Shown: positions 1-11,346, counted from the stretch's first letter. The stretch is DNA of 64,000 nucleotides from Acidobacteriota bacterium (GCA_017883165.1 JADGOC010000002.1:5277-69276), one strand, 5' to 3'. A program made the numbers and translations. The notes: generated by a model from the letters alone, not told the origin.

Positions 1-1862
1 AGAAGATCGATCAGTTCGAGCACATCGAGATTCGCGGACACGTGGCGCAGGACGTGCGCCATGAGCCGAGCACGGTCGCCGAGTCGCGCGCGATGCTGGC
101 GAGCTCACGCGCGCGGGTGTTCATCCTGTTTCTCGACGCCTATCACGTCGGCGCGATCTCGTCGCGGGTCATCAGCAAGCCGCTGGTCGACACGCTGGAC
201 AACCTGATCGGCGAGGACGATCTCGTAGGCGTCATGACGCCCGACATGTCGGCCCTCGACGTCACCTTCGCGCGCAAGACCACGACCGTCCAAGGGATGC
301 TCGAGCGCTACTGGTGGGGAGAGCGCGATCTGACCCTGCCCAAGGATCCGGTGGAGCAGAGCTACTGCAGCTGCTACCCACCCGGGCCGCCGCCGGATAC
401 GTCGCCCTGCAGCCGCATCGCCCATGAGCTGATCGATCGCCGGCACGAAAAGAAGACGCTCGACGCGCTCGAGGATCTCGTTCGCTTCCTGCGCGACGTC
501 CGCGAGGAGCGCAAGGCCATCATTACGATCTCCGAGGGATGGCGCCTGTTCCGTCCTGCGCAGAGCCTGATGCCCGACGCCTCGAAAGGCGTGCCTGGCA
601 TGCCGCCGATCGGCGTCGATCCGGGTTCCGGCAAGCTCACGACGAAGAACGCCAGCAACCCGTACGCCGGGTCGCAGTACATCTGCGATCGCGATCGCAT
701 GAATCTCGCGCAGATCGACGACGAGTCGGAATTCCGGCACCTGCTCGACGAGGCGAACCGCGCCAACGCCTCGTTCTATCCCGTCGACCCGCGCGGGCTC
801 GCCGTGTTCGATTCGCCGATCGCGGACCAACTGTCGCTCGCCGCCGACGCGTCGCGCCTGCGCAGTCGCATCGACTCGCTCCGCACGCTCGCCGACAACA
901 CCGACGGCATCGCCGTCGTGAACACGAACGACATCTCAGGCGCGCTCAAGCGCGTCGTCATCGATCTGTCGTCCTATTACCTGCTCGGCTACTACTCGAA
1001 CGGCAAGCTCGATGGCAGGTTTCACGCGATCAAAGTGCGCGTGACGCGGCCCGGCGTCCAGGTGCGCGCACGACGAGGCTACCTTGCGCCAACCGAGGCG
1101 GAGATGGCGGGACGCGGGCCTGTGGTGTCGACGCCGGCCGACGTGGCGGCGGCCGCCGACGCGCGCGCGATCGAAGACGTGGTCGGGCCGCTCGCCGCAT
1201 TCTCGCGCGATCTCCCAATGCGCGTGCAGGTGGCGGCGGGGTGGAAGCCGGACAAGACCGCGGCGGTGTGGGCGGTGGGCGAGGTGGCCCCGGGCGACGA
1301 CTGGAGAACGGGCGGCGAGGCGGACGTGACGCTCACGACCGCCGCTGGCGCGACGGTGTCGACGACGCACGCGCGCATCGAGCCGGGTGCGCGCAGCTTC
1401 CGCGTCGCCCTCACATCGTCGTCGCCGCTCGCGGCGGGCGATTACGCCGTGCGCATCCGCGCACGCGGCGACGCGGCGACGGCGATTGCCCTCAACGAGG
1501 TGGTCCGACTCGCGTTGCCGCAAGCGCCGGACGAGATCGGCGCAATGTTCGTCCGCCGCGGCCCCGCGACCGGCAACAAGGAAGTGGCGACCGCCGACCT
1601 GCGGTTCCGCCGCAGCGAACACATCCGCGTCGAGGTGCCGAGCATTTCGCCGGCCGTGTCCGCGCGCCTGCTCGACCGCACGGGGAAGGTGCTGGCGGTG
1701 CCGCTCACGCCCGCGGTGCGCGAGGACGCCGATGGCTCGCGCTGGCAGACGGCCGAGCTCGCGCTCGCGCCGCTCGCGGTGGGGGACTATGTGATCGAGT
1801 TGGCAGGAGGCGCAGGAGGAGAACACAAACGAACGCTCGTGGCGTTCAGAGTCGTGCCATGA
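1..1862 (+). CDS. VWFA-related (acidobacterial-type) von Willebrand factor A domain protein, 5' end outside window
   Basis: ORF 42..1862 stays open in frame back to nt 3. KIDQFEHIEIRGHVAQDVRHEP aligns with an internal segment of the downstream paralog. VWA-like core (FILFLDAYHV, DDLVGVMTP, ITISEGW) and conserved YYLLGYYS..GKLDGRFHAIKVRV..GVQVRARRGYLAP block. Confidence 0.85.
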   Translation, partial: KIDQFEHIEIRGHVAQDVRHEPSTVAESRAMLASSRARVFILFLDAYHVGAISSRVISKPLVDTLDNLIGEDDLVGVMTPDMSALDVTFARKTTTVQGMLERYWWGERDLTLPKDPVEQSYCSCYPPGPPPDTSPCSRIAHELIDRRHEKKTLDALEDLVRFLRDVREERKAIITISEGWRLFRPAQSLMPDASKGVPGMPPIGVDPGSGKLTTKNASNPYAGSQYICDRDRMNLAQIDDESEFRHLLDEANRANASFYPVDPRGLAVFDSPIADQLSLAADASRLRSRIDSLRTLADNTDGIAVVNTNDISGALKRVVIDLSSYYLLGYYSNGKLDGRFHAIKVRVTRPGVQVRARRGYLAPTEAEMAGRGPVVSTPADVAAAADARAIEDVVGPLAAFSRDLPMRVQVAAGWKPDKTAAVWAVGEVAPGDDWRTGGEADVTLTTAAGATVSTTHARIEPGARSFRVALTSSSPLAAGDYAVRIRARGDAATAIALNEVVRLALPQAPDEIGAMFVRRGPATGNKEVATADLRFRRSEHIRVEVPSISPAVSARLLDRTGKVLAVPLTPAVREDADGSRWQTAELALAPLAVGDYVIELAGGAGGEHKRTLVAFRVVP

Positions 1863-3958
1863 AGACATTGCGATGGCAGATTTCAGATTGCAGATTGCAG
1901 AGTGTCGCCTGCATGGCTGGCGTCGCACTCTTCGCTGCCGCGGGGCAGGATCCGCAGCCGCAGCGGCCGGTCTTTCACACCGAAGCGAATTACGTCAGGG
2001 TCGACGTGTATCCGACGACCGTGCACGGCGTGCCGGTCGACGATCTGAAGCAGGACGACTTCGAGATTTTCGACGATGGGGCGCCGCAGAAGATTGCGCA
2101 GTTTCAGCACATCGAGATCCGCGGCAGCGTTCCGCAGGACGTGCGGCACGAACCGAACAACGTGGCGGACATGCGCGCCATGATGACGGACCCGAACGCG
2201 CGCGTGTTCGCGCTGTTTCTCGACATCACGCACGTCAGCCTCACGGGGTCTCACGAGATTCGGAAGCCGCTCACCGAGATGCTGGACCGCGCCATCGGCC
2301 AGGATGATCTCGTCGGCGTGATGACGCCGCAGATGTCGGCGTTGGACGTGACCTTCTCCCGCCGGTCCACCACCATCGAGAACTTCTTGTCACGGCATTG
2401 GGACTGGGGCGACGCCAACAGCCGGATGCCGACCGATCCGGTCGAGAAGCTGTACCAGATGTGCTACCCCGGCGTCACTGAGGAATGCATCGATCCGTCC
2501 GGCCGGAAATACACGGCGAGCGACGTTGGCGTCGCCGATGAAATGATCGCCCGCCGGCGCCAGTCGATGGTGATCGACTCGCTCGAGGATCTCATCCGGT
2601 ACCTCGGTGGAGTCCGCGAGGAGCGCAAAGCCGTGCTGCTCATCAGCCCCGGGTGGAACCTCTTCGAGCCGGACTCGAAGCTCGCGCGGCCGGTGCGCTG
2701 CGAGGCGCCAGGCGTGCCGCAGGTCGGCGTCGACCCGCGCGGCGGGAAGCTGTCGGCGCGTCCGCCAACGGCCGGTGCGATGCCGAATACGAAGGAGCAA
2801 TGCGAGCGCGACCGTTTGAACCTCGCGCAGCTCAACGACCTTCAACATTTCCGCCGGCTGCCGGATCAGGCGAATCGCGCCAACGTGTCCTTCTATCCCA
2901 TCGACGCCGGCGGGCTTGGCGCGCCGACGTCGGTCGGCGGCATCGATCGGTTGACGAACCGGATTGACACGCTGCGCACGCTTGCGGACACGACCGACGG
3001 GATCGCTGTCGTCAACACGAACGACATCGACGCGGGCGTCAGCCGAGTCGCCGCCGATTTGTCCTCGTACTATCTGCTCGGGTACTACTCGACGAATCTC
3101 AAGCTTGACGGCAAGTTCCACGCGATCAAAGTGCGTGTGAACCGTGCGGGCGTGCAGGTGCGCGCACGGCGCGGCTATCTGGCGCCGAGCGCGGCGGAGA
3201 TGACGCGCTCGGGATCCGCGACGGCGCCGGCATCCCCGGCCGCCGCCGCCGAGAGCAGTGCGATTGCCGATGCGCTCGCGCCGCTCTCGGGATTGGCGCG
3301 CGAGGTGTCGCTCCGCGTGCAGGTCGCGGCGGGATGGACGCCAACGCACGCCGGCGTGATCTGGGCGGTGGGCGAGCTCGGCCCTAGGGAAGAGGTGATG
3401 ACCGCAGGCGACGCCGACGTGACGCTGACGAACGCCGCCGGCGCGACCATCGCGACCGCCCATGCGCACATGGAGCCGCGCGTGCGAAGCTTCCGCGTCG
3501 CGCTCGCGCCGCCCGGGCTCATGCCGCCCGGAGAATACGTGGTCCGCGTGCGGGCGAGCCGCGATGCCAGCCCGGAGCCGCCGATGAACGAGGTCGTCCG
3601 CGTGACGTTCCCGCTGGCGCCCGACACGCTTGGCGCGGTGCTCATCCGCCGCGGGCAGGTGACGGGTAACAAGGAAGTCGCGACCGCCGACCGGCGGTTC
3701 CGGCGCGGCGAACTGATCCGCGTCGAAGTTCCCACCGCATCCTCAGACGCCGTGTCGGCGCGGCTCCTCGACCGCACCGGCAAGCCGCTCGCGATCCCGG
3801 TGGCCGCCGCGCTGCGCGACGATGCGGATGGATCGCGGTGGCAGACGGCGCAGCTCTCGCTGGTGCCGCTTGGCGTCGGCGACTACATCATCGAGCTGAC
3901 GGCGGGGGCGGGAGGGGCACAGAAGCAAACGCTGGTTGCGTTTCGGATTGTTCAGTAG
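1859..3958 (+). CDS. VWFA-related (acidobacterial-type) von Willebrand factor A domain protein, full-length paralog
   Basis: In-frame ATG at 1859 overlaps the upstream stop (ATGA). Signal-like N-terminus (MKTLRWQ...MAGVALFAAAG). Collinear similarity to the upstream gene along the whole length. The part of track ORF 539..3958 upstream of 1859 is an alternate-frame artefact. Confidence 0.88.
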   Translation: MKTLRWQISDCRLQSVACMAGVALFAAAGQDPQPQRPVFHTEANYVRVDVYPTTVHGVPVDDLKQDDFEIFDDGAPQKIAQFQHIEIRGSVPQDVRHEPNNVADMRAMMTDPNARVFALFLDITHVSLTGSHEIRKPLTEMLDRAIGQDDLVGVMTPQMSALDVTFSRRSTTIENFLSRHWDWGDANSRMPTDPVEKLYQMCYPGVTEECIDPSGRKYTASDVGVADEMIARRRQSMVIDSLEDLIRYLGGVREERKAVLLISPGWNLFEPDSKLARPVRCEAPGVPQVGVDPRGGKLSARPPTAGAMPNTKEQCERDRLNLAQLNDLQHFRRLPDQANRANVSFYPIDAGGLGAPTSVGGIDRLTNRIDTLRTLADTTDGIAVVNTNDIDAGVSRVAADLSSYYLLGYYSTNLKLDGKFHAIKVRVNRAGVQVRARRGYLAPSAAEMTRSGSATAPASPAAAAESSAIADALAPLSGLAREVSLRVQVAAGWTPTHAGVIWAVGELGPREEVMTAGDADVTLTNAAGATIATAHAHMEPRVRSFRVALAPPGLMPPGEYVVRVRASRDASPEPPMNEVVRVTFPLAPDTLGAVLIRRGQVTGNKEVATADRRFRRGELIRVEVPTASSDAVSARLLDRTGKPLAIPVAAALRDDADGSRWQTAQLSLVPLGVGDYIIELTAGAGGAQKQTLVAFRIVQ
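1877..1902 (+). repeat. heptanucleotide tandem repeat (CAGATTK, about 3.7 copies) in the 5' coding region of the second VWFA gene
   Basis: CAGATTT CAGATTG CAGATTG CAGAG read directly. Lies in codons 7-15 of the CDS that starts at 1859. Confidence 0.9.
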
Positions 3959-3973
3959 GGGGCACGATCGCCC

Positions 3974-5104
3974 TCACGATCCGCCGAGGGCGAAGGTGAG
4001 CGTCCATGGCTTCAGCGCCTGCTGATCCGTGCCCAGAATTCCGTCCTGCAAGTCCACCTTCAGCGTGCGGAACCGCTCGAGCGGCTTCGCGAACCGAATC
4101 TCGAGCTCGTGGTTCGCGGCCGTGTACTGCGTCGCGAACTCGGCTGTCGGCGCCGCCGGCTCGCCGCGCTCCGCGGTCTGCGCGTCGAGGTAGTGGACGC
4201 GCACGCGCCCCTTCAGCGTCGCGGGATCGATGTCGCGCGAAAACTGAATCCGTACCGTCGTCGCGAGCGGCACGTCGGTCTCGTCCTGGGTCGGCGCGCT
4301 GAAGATCACTTCCGGCGCCGGCGCCGCCGGCACGCGGATCGGCGCTTCGGTGTCGGCCGTCTCGGCGGGCGGCTTCGCGGCCGCGAGCGTGCCGGCTTCC
4401 GCGTCGATCCATTGCAGGCCGCGCCCCTGCCGGACGATGCCGGCCACCTGCAGCCAGCGGCCCGTGTCGATGCGGGCGTCGAGCGAGAGCTCGAACTCCT
4501 TGGTCTTCGGCCGCATGTTGGCGACCCAGATCGCCGCGTCGGCCGCCCGCAGCACGAAATCGTAGCGGCTCTTGGCGGGATCGTTCGGCAGATCACCCAG
4601 GATATTCCGGCCGGAATACTGTCCAGTGATCGTGACCTTCTGATCGACGTAGCGCGCCGGATTGAGGACGATGGCCCGGATTGTCGGCGCCAGCGGCGGC
4701 GACGCCGCGCGGGTGACAGCCGTCGCCATGATGGCCGTCACTTCGCCCGTCTTGGGCCACGACCCAGCGGGATCGATGTGAAACAGCGTCCGGAGATCCA
4801 GATTCGCGAGGCGCACATCGTCCGGCTTCATGCGCCCCAGATCCCAGAATTCGCCGCGGATCTCATCGAGCCCGTCCGGCGCGCCGGTGCCCTTCACGAC
4901 GAGCTGCAGGCTCCCGGCCTCGTCGGCGACGCGCATCTCGCCGGCCGCCGTGGTGGTGACCGTACCGACGATCAGGATCGGGCGCTGATGAAAATAACTC
5001 GGATAGGCCAGTAGGGCGGCGATGTTGGTGGCGTGGCGCGTGACCGGCTGCGCCGACAGCGCCGCGCTGGCGGCGATGAGCACGACAAGAATTCGTTTTA
5101 CCAC
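3974..5104 (-). CDS. secreted hypothetical protein with C-terminal bacterial Ig-like (SbsA-type) segment
   Basis: 376-aa ORF with a GTG start 2 nt after the OPT stop. Signal peptide MVKRILVVLIAASAALSAQP. C-terminal FSAPTQDETDVPLATTVRIQFSRDIDPATL resembles SbsA-type Ig domains. No catalytic motif recognised. Confidence 0.6.
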   Translation of the reverse strand: MVKRILVVLIAASAALSAQPVTRHATNIAALLAYPSYFHQRPILIVGTVTTTAAGEMRVADEAGSLQLVVKGTGAPDGLDEIRGEFWDLGRMKPDDVRLANLDLRTLFHIDPAGSWPKTGEVTAIMATAVTRAASPPLAPTIRAIVLNPARYVDQKVTITGQYSGRNILGDLPNDPAKSRYDFVLRAADAAIWVANMRPKTKEFELSLDARIDTGRWLQVAGIVRQGRGLQWIDAEAGTLAAAKPPAETADTEAPIRVPAAPAPEVIFSAPTQDETDVPLATTVRIQFSRDIDPATLKGRVRVHYLDAQTAERGEPAAPTAEFATQYTAANHELEIRFAKPLERFRTLKVDLQDGILGTDQQALKPWTLTFALGGS

Positions 5105-5106
5105 TG

Positions 5107-7065
<1,959 letters not shown>

Positions 7066-7111
7066 GGCCCGGATATTAGCATTGGTTTTTGCTACAATCG
7101 GTTTCCACCTT

Positions 7112-7789
7112 GTGAAAACACCGAACAAAGCCGGGAAGCCCCGCCAGGCTCTCGATCAGGTGTCCGAGCTCACCACCAACCGCCTCTCGGTGTACCTGCG
7201 CTGCCTGAACGCGCTCGAGGACGCCGGCGTGCTGACGGTCTCGTCGCAGTCGCTCGCCGAGCAGTTTCATCTGAACGCTGCGCAGATACGGAAAGATCTT
7301 GCGTACTTCGGCGAGTTCGGCGTCCGCGGCGTCGGCTACTACGTCGGCGATCTGAAGCGTCACCTGCGACAGATTCTCGGCCTCGATCGCAAGCTGCGCG
7401 TGGCGATCATGGGCGCCGGCAATCTTGGCCTCGCGCTTGCGGATTATCCCGGGTTTCGGCAGGAGGGGTTCGAGATCGCCGCGCTCTTCGACAACCTCAG
7501 CGCGAAGGTCGGGCAGCGCTCACGCGGCGGCGTGCCGATCCACGACATCCACGACTTGAAGAAGATCGCGCGGCGCGACGGCATCAGCATCGCCGTGATT
7601 GCCGTGCCCGCGCCTTCGGCCCAGCACGTGGTCGCCCTTGTCGTCGCGTCCGGCATCAGAGCCGTGCTGAATTTTTCGCCAGGCACGCTGGAGGTGCCCG
7701 ATGACGTGAAGTTGAAGAGCGTCGACCTGACCGTGTCGCTCGAGAGCCTGTCGTTCTTCCTGGCGCAGTGCGAGGGTGATGAAAAGTAA
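7112..7789 (+). CDS. rex: redox-sensing transcriptional repressor Rex
   Basis: N-terminal winged-helix block (SELTTNRLSVYLRCLNAL...SSQSLAE..AAQIRKDLAYFGEFGVRGVGY) and Rossmann GxGxxG (IMGAGNLGLALA). Start uncertain: GTG 7112 gives a typical N-terminus, while the track ATG 7064 would overlap the OPT start. Confidence 0.85.
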   Translation: MKTPNKAGKPRQALDQVSELTTNRLSVYLRCLNALEDAGVLTVSSQSLAEQFHLNAAQIRKDLAYFGEFGVRGVGYYVGDLKRHLRQILGLDRKLRVAIMGAGNLGLALADYPGFRQEGFEIAALFDNLSAKVGQRSRGGVPIHDIHDLKKIARRDGISIAVIAVPAPSAQHVVALVVASGIRAVLNFSPGTLEVPDDVKLKSVDLTVSLESLSFFLAQCEGDEK

Positions 7790-8258
7790 ACCCCGCCTTT
7801 CCCACATCGACGCGCGCGGGCGCGTGAAGATGGTCGACGTCGGCGCGAAGCCGGTGACGCACCGCGAGGCGGTGGCGCGCGGATCGATCGCGATGTCGCG
7901 CGAGGCGCGGCGTCTGGTCCGCACGGGCGCGGTGACGAAGGGCGATCCGCTGCAGGCCGCGCGCCTGGCCGGCATCATGGCGGCCAAGCAGACCTCGGCG
8001 CTCATTCCCCTATGCCATCCGCTGCCGCTCTCGAGCGTGCACGTCGAGGTGACGCCGACCGCCCGCGGCTACGACATCGAGGCGCGCGTGGCGACCGATG
8101 CGAAGACCGGCGTCGAGATGGAGGCGCTGACGGCGGTGGCCGTCGCCGCGCTCACGATCTACGACATGGTCAAGGCCGTCGATCGGGCGATGACGATCGG
8201 CGAGATCCGCGTTACATCGAAGACCGGCGGCCGATCGGGCGCCTACCGCCGGCTGTGA
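7776..8258 (+). CDS. moaC: cyclic pyranopterin monophosphate synthase MoaC
   Basis: 160 aa. LSHIDARGRVKMVDVGAKP, KGDPLQAARLAGIMAAKQTSALIPLCHPLPL and MEALTAVAVAALTIYDM are MoaC hallmarks. Overlaps the rex stop by 14 nt. Confidence 0.92.
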   Translation: MMKSKPRLSHIDARGRVKMVDVGAKPVTHREAVARGSIAMSREARRLVRTGAVTKGDPLQAARLAGIMAAKQTSALIPLCHPLPLSSVHVEVTPTARGYDIEARVATDAKTGVEMEALTAVAVAALTIYDMVKAVDRAMTIGEIRVTSKTGGRSGAYRRL

Positions 8259-8268
8259 GTGATCGAGA

Positions 8269-9054
8269 ATGGCCGCGATGCCCGCGATGCCTGTGATGAT
8301 CATCCGGATGCTTCTCCTCGTGCCGGTGGCGCTCGTCGCCGTGGCCGCGATTCAGCTGCCGCCGAGGGCGCCGCGCTCGTCGTACACGGTGGTGCACGTG
8401 TATCCGCACGATCGCTCGGCCTTCACCCAGGGCCTGGAATACGCTGACGGTTTCGTCTACGAGGGCACGGGCCTGAACGGGCAGTCGTCGATCCGCAAGG
8501 TCAAGCTCGAGAGCGGCGAGGTCGTGCAGCAGCACGACGTCCCGGCCGAACACTTCGGCGAAGGCATCACCATCTGGAAATCGGATCTGATCGAGCTGAC
8601 GTGGCGATCGCAGATCGCCCTGGTTTACGACCTCGCCACACTCAGTCAGAAGCGGACTTTTTCTTATCTCGGCGAAGGATGGGGCCTCACGCACGATGAC
8701 ACCTCGCTCATCATGAGTGACGGCTCCGCGGCGCTCCGCTTTCTCGATCCCGCCACCTTCGCCGAGCGGCGCCGCCTCGTGGTGACCGACGGCGGCCTGC
8801 CGGTGCCGCATCTGAACGAGCTCGAGGTCGTGAGGGGCGAGGTGTACGCGAATATCTGGCAGACGAACTTCATCGCGCGCATCGACCCGGGCTCGGGTGT
8901 CGTGATCGGCTGGATCGATCTCACGGGCCTCTTGTCGGCCGCCGACAGCCGGGGCGTCGACGTCATGAACGGCATCGCCTACGACGCCGCTCACGATCGG
9001 CTGTTCGTCACCGGCAAGCTCTGGCCCAAGCTGTTCGAAATCAAGGTCAAGTAA
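8269..9054 (+). CDS. glutaminyl-peptide cyclotransferase (plant/bacterial beta-propeller type)
   Basis: Signal/TM N-terminus followed by YPHDRSAFTQGLEY..GFVYEGTGLNGQSSIRKV..GEGITIW..LTWRS, which is typical of glutamine cyclotransferases. Confidence 0.85.
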   Translation: MAAMPAMPVMIIRMLLLVPVALVAVAAIQLPPRAPRSSYTVVHVYPHDRSAFTQGLEYADGFVYEGTGLNGQSSIRKVKLESGEVVQQHDVPAEHFGEGITIWKSDLIELTWRSQIALVYDLATLSQKRTFSYLGEGWGLTHDDTSLIMSDGSAALRFLDPATFAERRRLVVTDGGLPVPHLNELEVVRGEVYANIWQTNFIARIDPGSGVVIGWIDLTGLLSAADSRGVDVMNGIAYDAAHDRLFVTGKLWPKLFEIKVK

Positions 9055-9914
9055 TCGAACACCACGCCTGATGCGTCACCCGTCCCGTGCTTCCGGGTGA
9101 CCAGCCGCGCGTCGAGCGGCCGCGGATACATCGGCGTGTGCGGATCGCCGCCAGGCCGCGGCGATGTCGTGACAAACACGTCCTGCACGAGCCCGCTGTC
9201 GATGAGCGATGTCGCGATCGTCGGTCCGCCGACGGCCGAGACCTGTTCGATGCCCATGCGTCTCATCTCGCGAAACGCCGGCACGAGACCGGTCTTGTGC
9301 GGCATCGCGATCGCGGTGATCCACGGCCTCGAGCGCAGGGCCTCACGCATCGCGTCGAGGCCGGCGTCGACGGTCAACAGCACGACGGGCAGGTCCGGGA
9401 TGTTGAAGAGGAGCTGGCCGTCGAGCGCCAGGCCTGCGAGTGTCGCGACGATCTGCACCGGATGGCGCGGCTTGCCGAGGGATGCCCGCAGCGCCACCAG
9501 CTCTTCGCGCCAGACGGAAAACACCGCGTCGGCGCCGCGGATCGTGGCGGCGCCCGCCAGGACCGCGTCGGCCGCGACGCGTGAGAGGCCTTCGTAGATG
9601 AGATGCGTGTCGGTGGCGCCGCCCCCAAGGGTGGCCGGATCGGCGGCGCCGGTGTTGCCGTCAAGAGATTGAACGAAGACGAGGCTGACTGCGGGAAGGT
9701 CCACCGACGGAGCCGGCGACAACTGGAAGGGGCCGTTCCACAAACGGCGCGACCATGAGTCGCCAATCGACAGGAGCCCTGTCAGCCCTGTCCGGCTCGC
9801 GTCGATCTCGGTCGTGAATGGCGACAGCCGCGCGTCCCGCGCCTCGCGCTCCTTGCGCGCCGCGAACGCACGGAACCGCGCATCCCAATCCCTTTGCAAA
9901 TTGAAACCTGTCAA
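8991..9914 (-). CDS. RibD C-terminal domain / dihydrofolate-reductase-like family protein
   Basis: LVFVQSLDGNTGAADP...THLIYEGLSRVAADAVLAGAATIRG...VGGPTIATSLIDSGLVQDVFVTTSP resembles the RibD_C reductase fold. TTG start overlaps the CDF stop (TTGA). The 3' end overlaps the convergent cyclotransferase gene by 64 nt. Confidence 0.65.
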   Translation of the reverse strand: MTGFNLQRDWDARFRAFAARKEREARDARLSPFTTEIDASRTGLTGLLSIGDSWSRRLWNGPFQLSPAPSVDLPAVSLVFVQSLDGNTGAADPATLGGGATDTHLIYEGLSRVAADAVLAGAATIRGADAVFSVWREELVALRASLGKPRHPVQIVATLAGLALDGQLLFNIPDLPVVLLTVDAGLDAMREALRSRPWITAIAMPHKTGLVPAFREMRRMGIEQVSAVGGPTIATSLIDSGLVQDVFVTTSPRPGGDPHTPMYPRPLDARLVTRKHGTGDASGVVFDYLTLISNSLGQSLPVTNSRS

Positions 9915-10834
9915 TTGTGAATTGTCGCCACCGGCGGCGGCTCGATGTGGATGATCGCGTCGGCGATCTGCGGATAGCGCGCCATCAGCCGGTCTTTGAC
10001 GATGTGTGAGAGCTCGTGGGCGTCGGTGAGCCGCATCTCGGGCGGCAGCCAGATGTGCAGATCGAGAAAGACGTGGTCGGCCGATCCGCGCGTCCGTATG
10101 TGATGGCAGCCCAGCACGCCTGGGACGTCCATCACGACACGCTCGAGGTCCGCGTCGGAGATGACGATCCGATCGCTCAGGATGCCGGTCGTGGCGCGCG
10201 CGATCTGGTAGCTGGCGTAGCCGATGAAGCCGGCGACGACGAGCGCCGCGAGCGGATCGAGGATGGGCATGCCCGCCCGCGCCCCGGCGAGCGCCGCGAT
10301 AACGGTGAGCGAGGTCCAGACGTCGCCGCGCGTCTGCATCGCGTCGGCAAGCAGCACTTCGCTCGCGAGCCGCGCCGCTTCGCGCGATTCGTACCGGATC
10401 ACGAAAAGGTTGATCGCCACGGTGATCACCATCACCACGAAGCTCGCGGGCGAGATCGCGTGCGGCGCCGCGCGTCCGGTCAGGTGATTGAAGGCATTGC
10501 GCAGCACCTCGACCATCACGAAGAGGAGGAACAGCGTCACGGCGGCCGCGGCCACCGTCTCGTACTTCCGGTGCCCATAGGGATGATCGACGTCGGGCGG
10601 GCGTCCCGCCGCGCGGACGCCGACGAGCCCGACCACATTCGACGCCGCGTCGGTGAGCGAGTGGAAGCCGTCGGAGAGGATGCTGATGGCGCCGCTGGCG
10701 TAGCCGAACGCAATCTTCGCGAGCGCCACGGCGAGATTGAGCGCGAGCACGCGCAGCAGCACGCGGGAGACCGCGGAGTACCGTGCTTGAGAGATGGCTG
10801 GTGCCTGGTGCCTGGCGGCTGGAGAAGCAGGCAC
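9911..10834 (-). CDS. cation diffusion facilitator (CDF) family transporter
   Basis: TM-rich N-domain with SILSDGFHSLTDAASN and DHPYGHRKYETVAA, plus a C-terminal cytoplasmic domain (HHIRTRGSADHVFLDLHIWLP). GTG 10834 lies next to the lepB stop. The upstream part of track ORF 9911..11431 is out-of-frame lepB sequence. Confidence 0.85.
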   Translation of the reverse strand: MPASPAARHQAPAISQARYSAVSRVLLRVLALNLAVALAKIAFGYASGAISILSDGFHSLTDAASNVVGLVGVRAAGRPPDVDHPYGHRKYETVAAAAVTLFLLFVMVEVLRNAFNHLTGRAAPHAISPASFVVMVITVAINLFVIRYESREAARLASEVLLADAMQTRGDVWTSLTVIAALAGARAGMPILDPLAALVVAGFIGYASYQIARATTGILSDRIVISDADLERVVMDVPGVLGCHHIRTRGSADHVFLDLHIWLPPEMRLTDAHELSHIVKDRLMARYPQIADAIIHIEPPPVATIHN

Positions 10835-10836
10835 GA

Positions 10837-11346
10837 TTAAAACACGCGCGCCGTCGGCACCGGCCACCAGCGCAGCTGCACTTTCCCGATGATGTATTTT
10901 TTCGGCACGAAGCCCCAGTGCCGGCTGTCGGAGCTGTTGTTGCGGTGATCGCCCATGACGAAGTACGAGCCCTCCGGGATCACCTGCGGCCCCCAGTCGT
11001 CGTGGCTGCGGAAGTCGGCCGGTACGTAGTCGTCTTTCAGCGGGATGTCGTTCACATACACATGGCCGTCGATGATGCGGACCGTGTCGCCTTCCTCCGC
11101 GATGACGCGCTTCACGAACGACTTGTCCGGATTGAGCGGGTAATAGAGCATTACGATATCGTTGCGGCGCGGCTCGCCGATGCGATAGGCCAGTTTGTTG
11201 ACGATCAGGCGATCCTGATCCGCGAGCGTTGGCGCCATGCTCTGGCCCTCGACGCGCGCGACCTGAAAGCCGAAGGTGACGATGAGCGTCGCGTAGACGG
11301 CCGCCGACACGAGCGTCTTCACCCACGCGACAATCTCGTCCTTCAC
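10837..11346 (-). CDS. lepB: signal peptidase I
   Basis: GQSMAPTL (catalytic Ser), VKRVIAEEGDTV (Lys box) and GDHRNNSSDSRHWGFVP. GTG 11346 gives a short N-terminus plus one TM segment. The longer TTG 11538 start would overlap the response-regulator gene by 106 nt. Confidence 0.85.
   Translation of the reverse strand: MKDEIVAWVKTLVSAAVYATLIVTFGFQVARVEGQSMAPTLADQDRLIVNKLAYRIGEPRRNDIVMLYYPLNPDKSFVKRVIAEEGDTVRIIDGHVYVNDIPLKDDYVPADFRSHDDWGPQVIPEGSYFVMGDHRNNSSDSRHWGFVPKKYIIGKVQLRWWPVPTARVF

Noticed and set aside
539-1858. Upstream 440 codons of the 1139-aa track ORF 539..3958 (and similar very long ORFs such as 936..1928, 2390..3469, 4109..5014).
   Set aside because: Arg/Ala/Gly/Pro-rich translations that overlap a well-supported gene in another frame. 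This is typical stop-codon-poor alternate frames of high-GC DNA. The real gene starts at the in-frame ATG 1859.
7101-7127. TTGTGAA half-site (7109..7115) and nearby TTTCCAC...GTGAAA inverted repeat as a possible Rex operator at the rex/OPT divergent region.
   Set aside because: The expected second half-site TTCACAA at the canonical spacing is not present (CGAACAA at best). The inverted repeat has the wrong orientation relative to the TTGTGAA-N4-TTCACAA consensus. Too weak to call.
8991-9054. 64-nt convergent overlap between the glutaminyl cyclase and RibD_C-like genes.
   Set aside because: Probably reflects a late stop in the non-conserved C-terminal tail of the reductase-like ORF in stop-poor DNA. 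No additional signal suggests antisense regulation.
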